A DNA stretch of 64,000 nucleotides from Escherichia coli (GTDB lineage: Bacteria; Pseudomonadota; Gammaproteobacteria; Enterobacterales; Enterobacteriaceae), in NCBI RefSeq assembly GCF_016026235.1, contig NZ_CP065613.1. One strand, 5' to 3'. The notes beneath the pieces were generated by a model that was given only the letters and a program-made list of their open reading frames with translations, was not told the DNA's origin and ran no database searches. The translations under genes were made by a program, and so were the position numbers. Below, piece after piece: positions 62,030 to 64,000 of this stretch. Each line of letters starts with the position of its first letter. Position 1 is the first letter of the stretch.

Positions 62030-63640
62030 ATGATGAGCAATGTTAAGAAAAAAGATGTGCCGCTGATAAGCATCAGCCTGGTGGCCATTCTTTTCATCGC
62101 AGCTGCATTAAGCCTTTTCCCACAACAATCGGCCGACGCGGCCAACGCAATATACACTTTTGTTACGCGTACGTTAGGTTCCGCCGTACAGGTATTGGTT
62201 TTGCTGGCAATGGGACTGGTGATTTATTTAGCCACCAGTAAATACGGCAATATTCGTCTTGGCGAAGGAAAACCGGAATACAGCACGCTCTCCTGGCTGT
62301 TTATGTTTATTTGTGCCGGTTTAGGTTCTTCTACGCTTTATTGGGGGGTTGCTGAATGGGCCTATTATTATCAAACACCTGGATTAAATATCGCACCGCG
62401 TTCACAACAGGCACTCGAATTTAGCGTTCCCTACTCTTTCTTCCACTGGGGCATCAGCGCCTGGGCAACTTATACGCTGGCCTCATTAATCATGGCTTAT
62501 CACTTTCATGTGCGGAAAAACAAAGGTCTGAGCCTTTCCGGCATTATTGCTGCTATTACCGGCGTTCGCCCGCAAGGCCCATGGGGAAAACTGGTCGATT
62601 TGATGTTCCTGATCGCCACTGTCGGCGCACTGACCATTTCCCTTGTTGTTACCGCAGCAACCTTTACCCGTGGGCTTTCCGCGCTGACCGGTTTACCCGA
62701 TAACTTCACCGTGCAGGCATTTGTGATCCTGCTTTCCGGCGGCATTTTTTGCCTAAGCTCGTGGATTGGTATCAACAACGGTTTGCAACGTCTGAGCAAA
62801 ATGGTTGGCTGGGGCGCGTTCCTGCTGCCATTACTGGTGCTGATTGTCGGCCCAACCGAATTTATTACCAACAGCATCATCAATGCCATCGGCCTGACCA
62901 CGCAAAACTTCCTGCAAATGAGCTTATTCACCGATCCGCTTGGCGATGGTTCATTTACCCGCAACTGGACCGTTTTCTACTGGCTGTGGTGGATCTCATA
63001 CACCCCTGGCGTAGCAATGTTTGTCACCCGCGTTTCCCGCGGTCGTAAGATTAAAGAAGTTATCTGGGGACTGATCCTCGGCAGCACCGTCGGTTGCTGG
63101 TTCTTCTTTGGCGTAATGGAAAGCTATGCCATTCATCAGTTTATCAATGGCGTAATCAACGTCCCACAGGTGCTGGAAACACTGGGCGGCGAAACAGCTG
63201 TGCAGCAAGTTCTGATGTCGTTGCCAGCCGGTAAATTGTTCCTCGCCGCATACCTGGGTGTGATGATTATTTTCCTTGCCTCGCATATGGATGCGGTGGC
63301 CTACACCATGGCTGCGACCAGTACGCGTAATCTCCAGGAAGGTGACGATCCTGACCGTGGGCTGCGTCTTTTCTGGTGCGTGGTGATCACTCTGATCCCG
63401 CTTTCCATCTTGTTTACCGGTGCTTCGCTGGAAACGATGAAAACCACCGTCGTGCTCACAGCCCTTCCCTTCCTCGTCATTTTACTGGTGAAAGTCGGCG
63501 GATTTATTCGCTGGCTGAAACAGGATTACGCCGACATTCCGGCTCATCAAGTTGAACATTATCTCCCGCAGACACCGGTTGAAGCCCTGGAAAAAACACC
63601 AGTGCTCCCTGCGGGAACCGTATTCAAAGGCGACAACTGA
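62030..63640 (+). CDS. yeaV: BCCT-family transporter
   Basis: Long hydrophobic ORF (536 aa from the first ATG); the true start may be internal, I could not fix it from memory. Confidence 0.75.
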
Positions 63641-63671
63641 GCGCCATCATCCTAACGATAAAGGTATCCCT

Positions 63672-64000
63672 ATGAGCAATCTGAGCCCTGACTTTGTACT
63701 ACCCGAAAATTTTTGCGCTAACCCGCAAGAGGCGTGGACCATTCCTGCCCGTTTTTATACCGATCAGAACGCGTTTGAACACGAAAAAGAGAACGTCTTC
63801 GCCAAAAGCTGGATTTGCGTCGCTCACAGCAGCGAACTGGCGAATGCCAATGATTATGTGACGCGTGAGATCATTGGCGAAAGCATCGTGCTGGTACGCG
63901 GTCGTGATAAGGTTTTGCGCGCGTTCTATAACGTGTGTCCGCACCGTGGTCATCAGTTGTTGAGCGGTGAAGGAAAAGCAAAAAATGTGATTACCTGCCC
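63672..64000 (+). CDS. yeaW: Rieske-type oxygenase subunit YeaW, 5' portion only (continues beyond the window end)
   Basis: ATG at 63672 (MSNLSPDFVLPENF...) with Rieske motif CPHRGH; no stop before the window edge. Confidence 0.8.
   Translation, partial: MSNLSPDFVLPENFCANPQEAWTIPARFYTDQNAFEHEKENVFAKSWICVAHSSELANANDYVTREIIGESIVLVRGRDKVLRAFYNVCPHRGHQLLSGEGKAKNVITC

Overview
This window is a contiguous stretch of Escherichia coli core chromosome, recognised from the translated ORFs and gene order: osmE(partial)-nadE-cho-ves-spy-astEBDAC-xthA-ydjXYZ-ynjABCDE-ynjF-nudG-ynjH-gdhA-ynjI-topB-selD-ydjA-sppA-ansA-pncA-ydjEFGHIJKL-yeaC-msrB-gapA-yeaD-yeaE-mipA-yeaGH-yeaIJK-yoaI-yeaLMNO-yoaF-yeaP-yoaKJ-yeaQ-yoaG-yeaR-leuE-dmlR-dmlA-yeaV-yeaW(partial). 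Gene names and expected protein lengths come from memory of E. coli K-12; no database search was possible. I found no foreign island, prophage, CRISPR array, tRNA or rRNA, and no undescribed multi-gene system. Three things depart from the K-12 layout as I remember it: (1) a complete 768-bp IS1 with a perfect 9-bp target-site duplication inserted into the 5' end of ydjH; (2) a +2 bp frameshift in cho; (3) a +1 bp frameshift in the signal-peptide region of ynjE. Other points of note are sigma-54-like promoter motifs upstream of astC and yeaG, a degenerate GGDEF motif in YeaI, a palindromic candidate operator upstream of ydjL, and several REP-like palindromes and intrinsic terminators.
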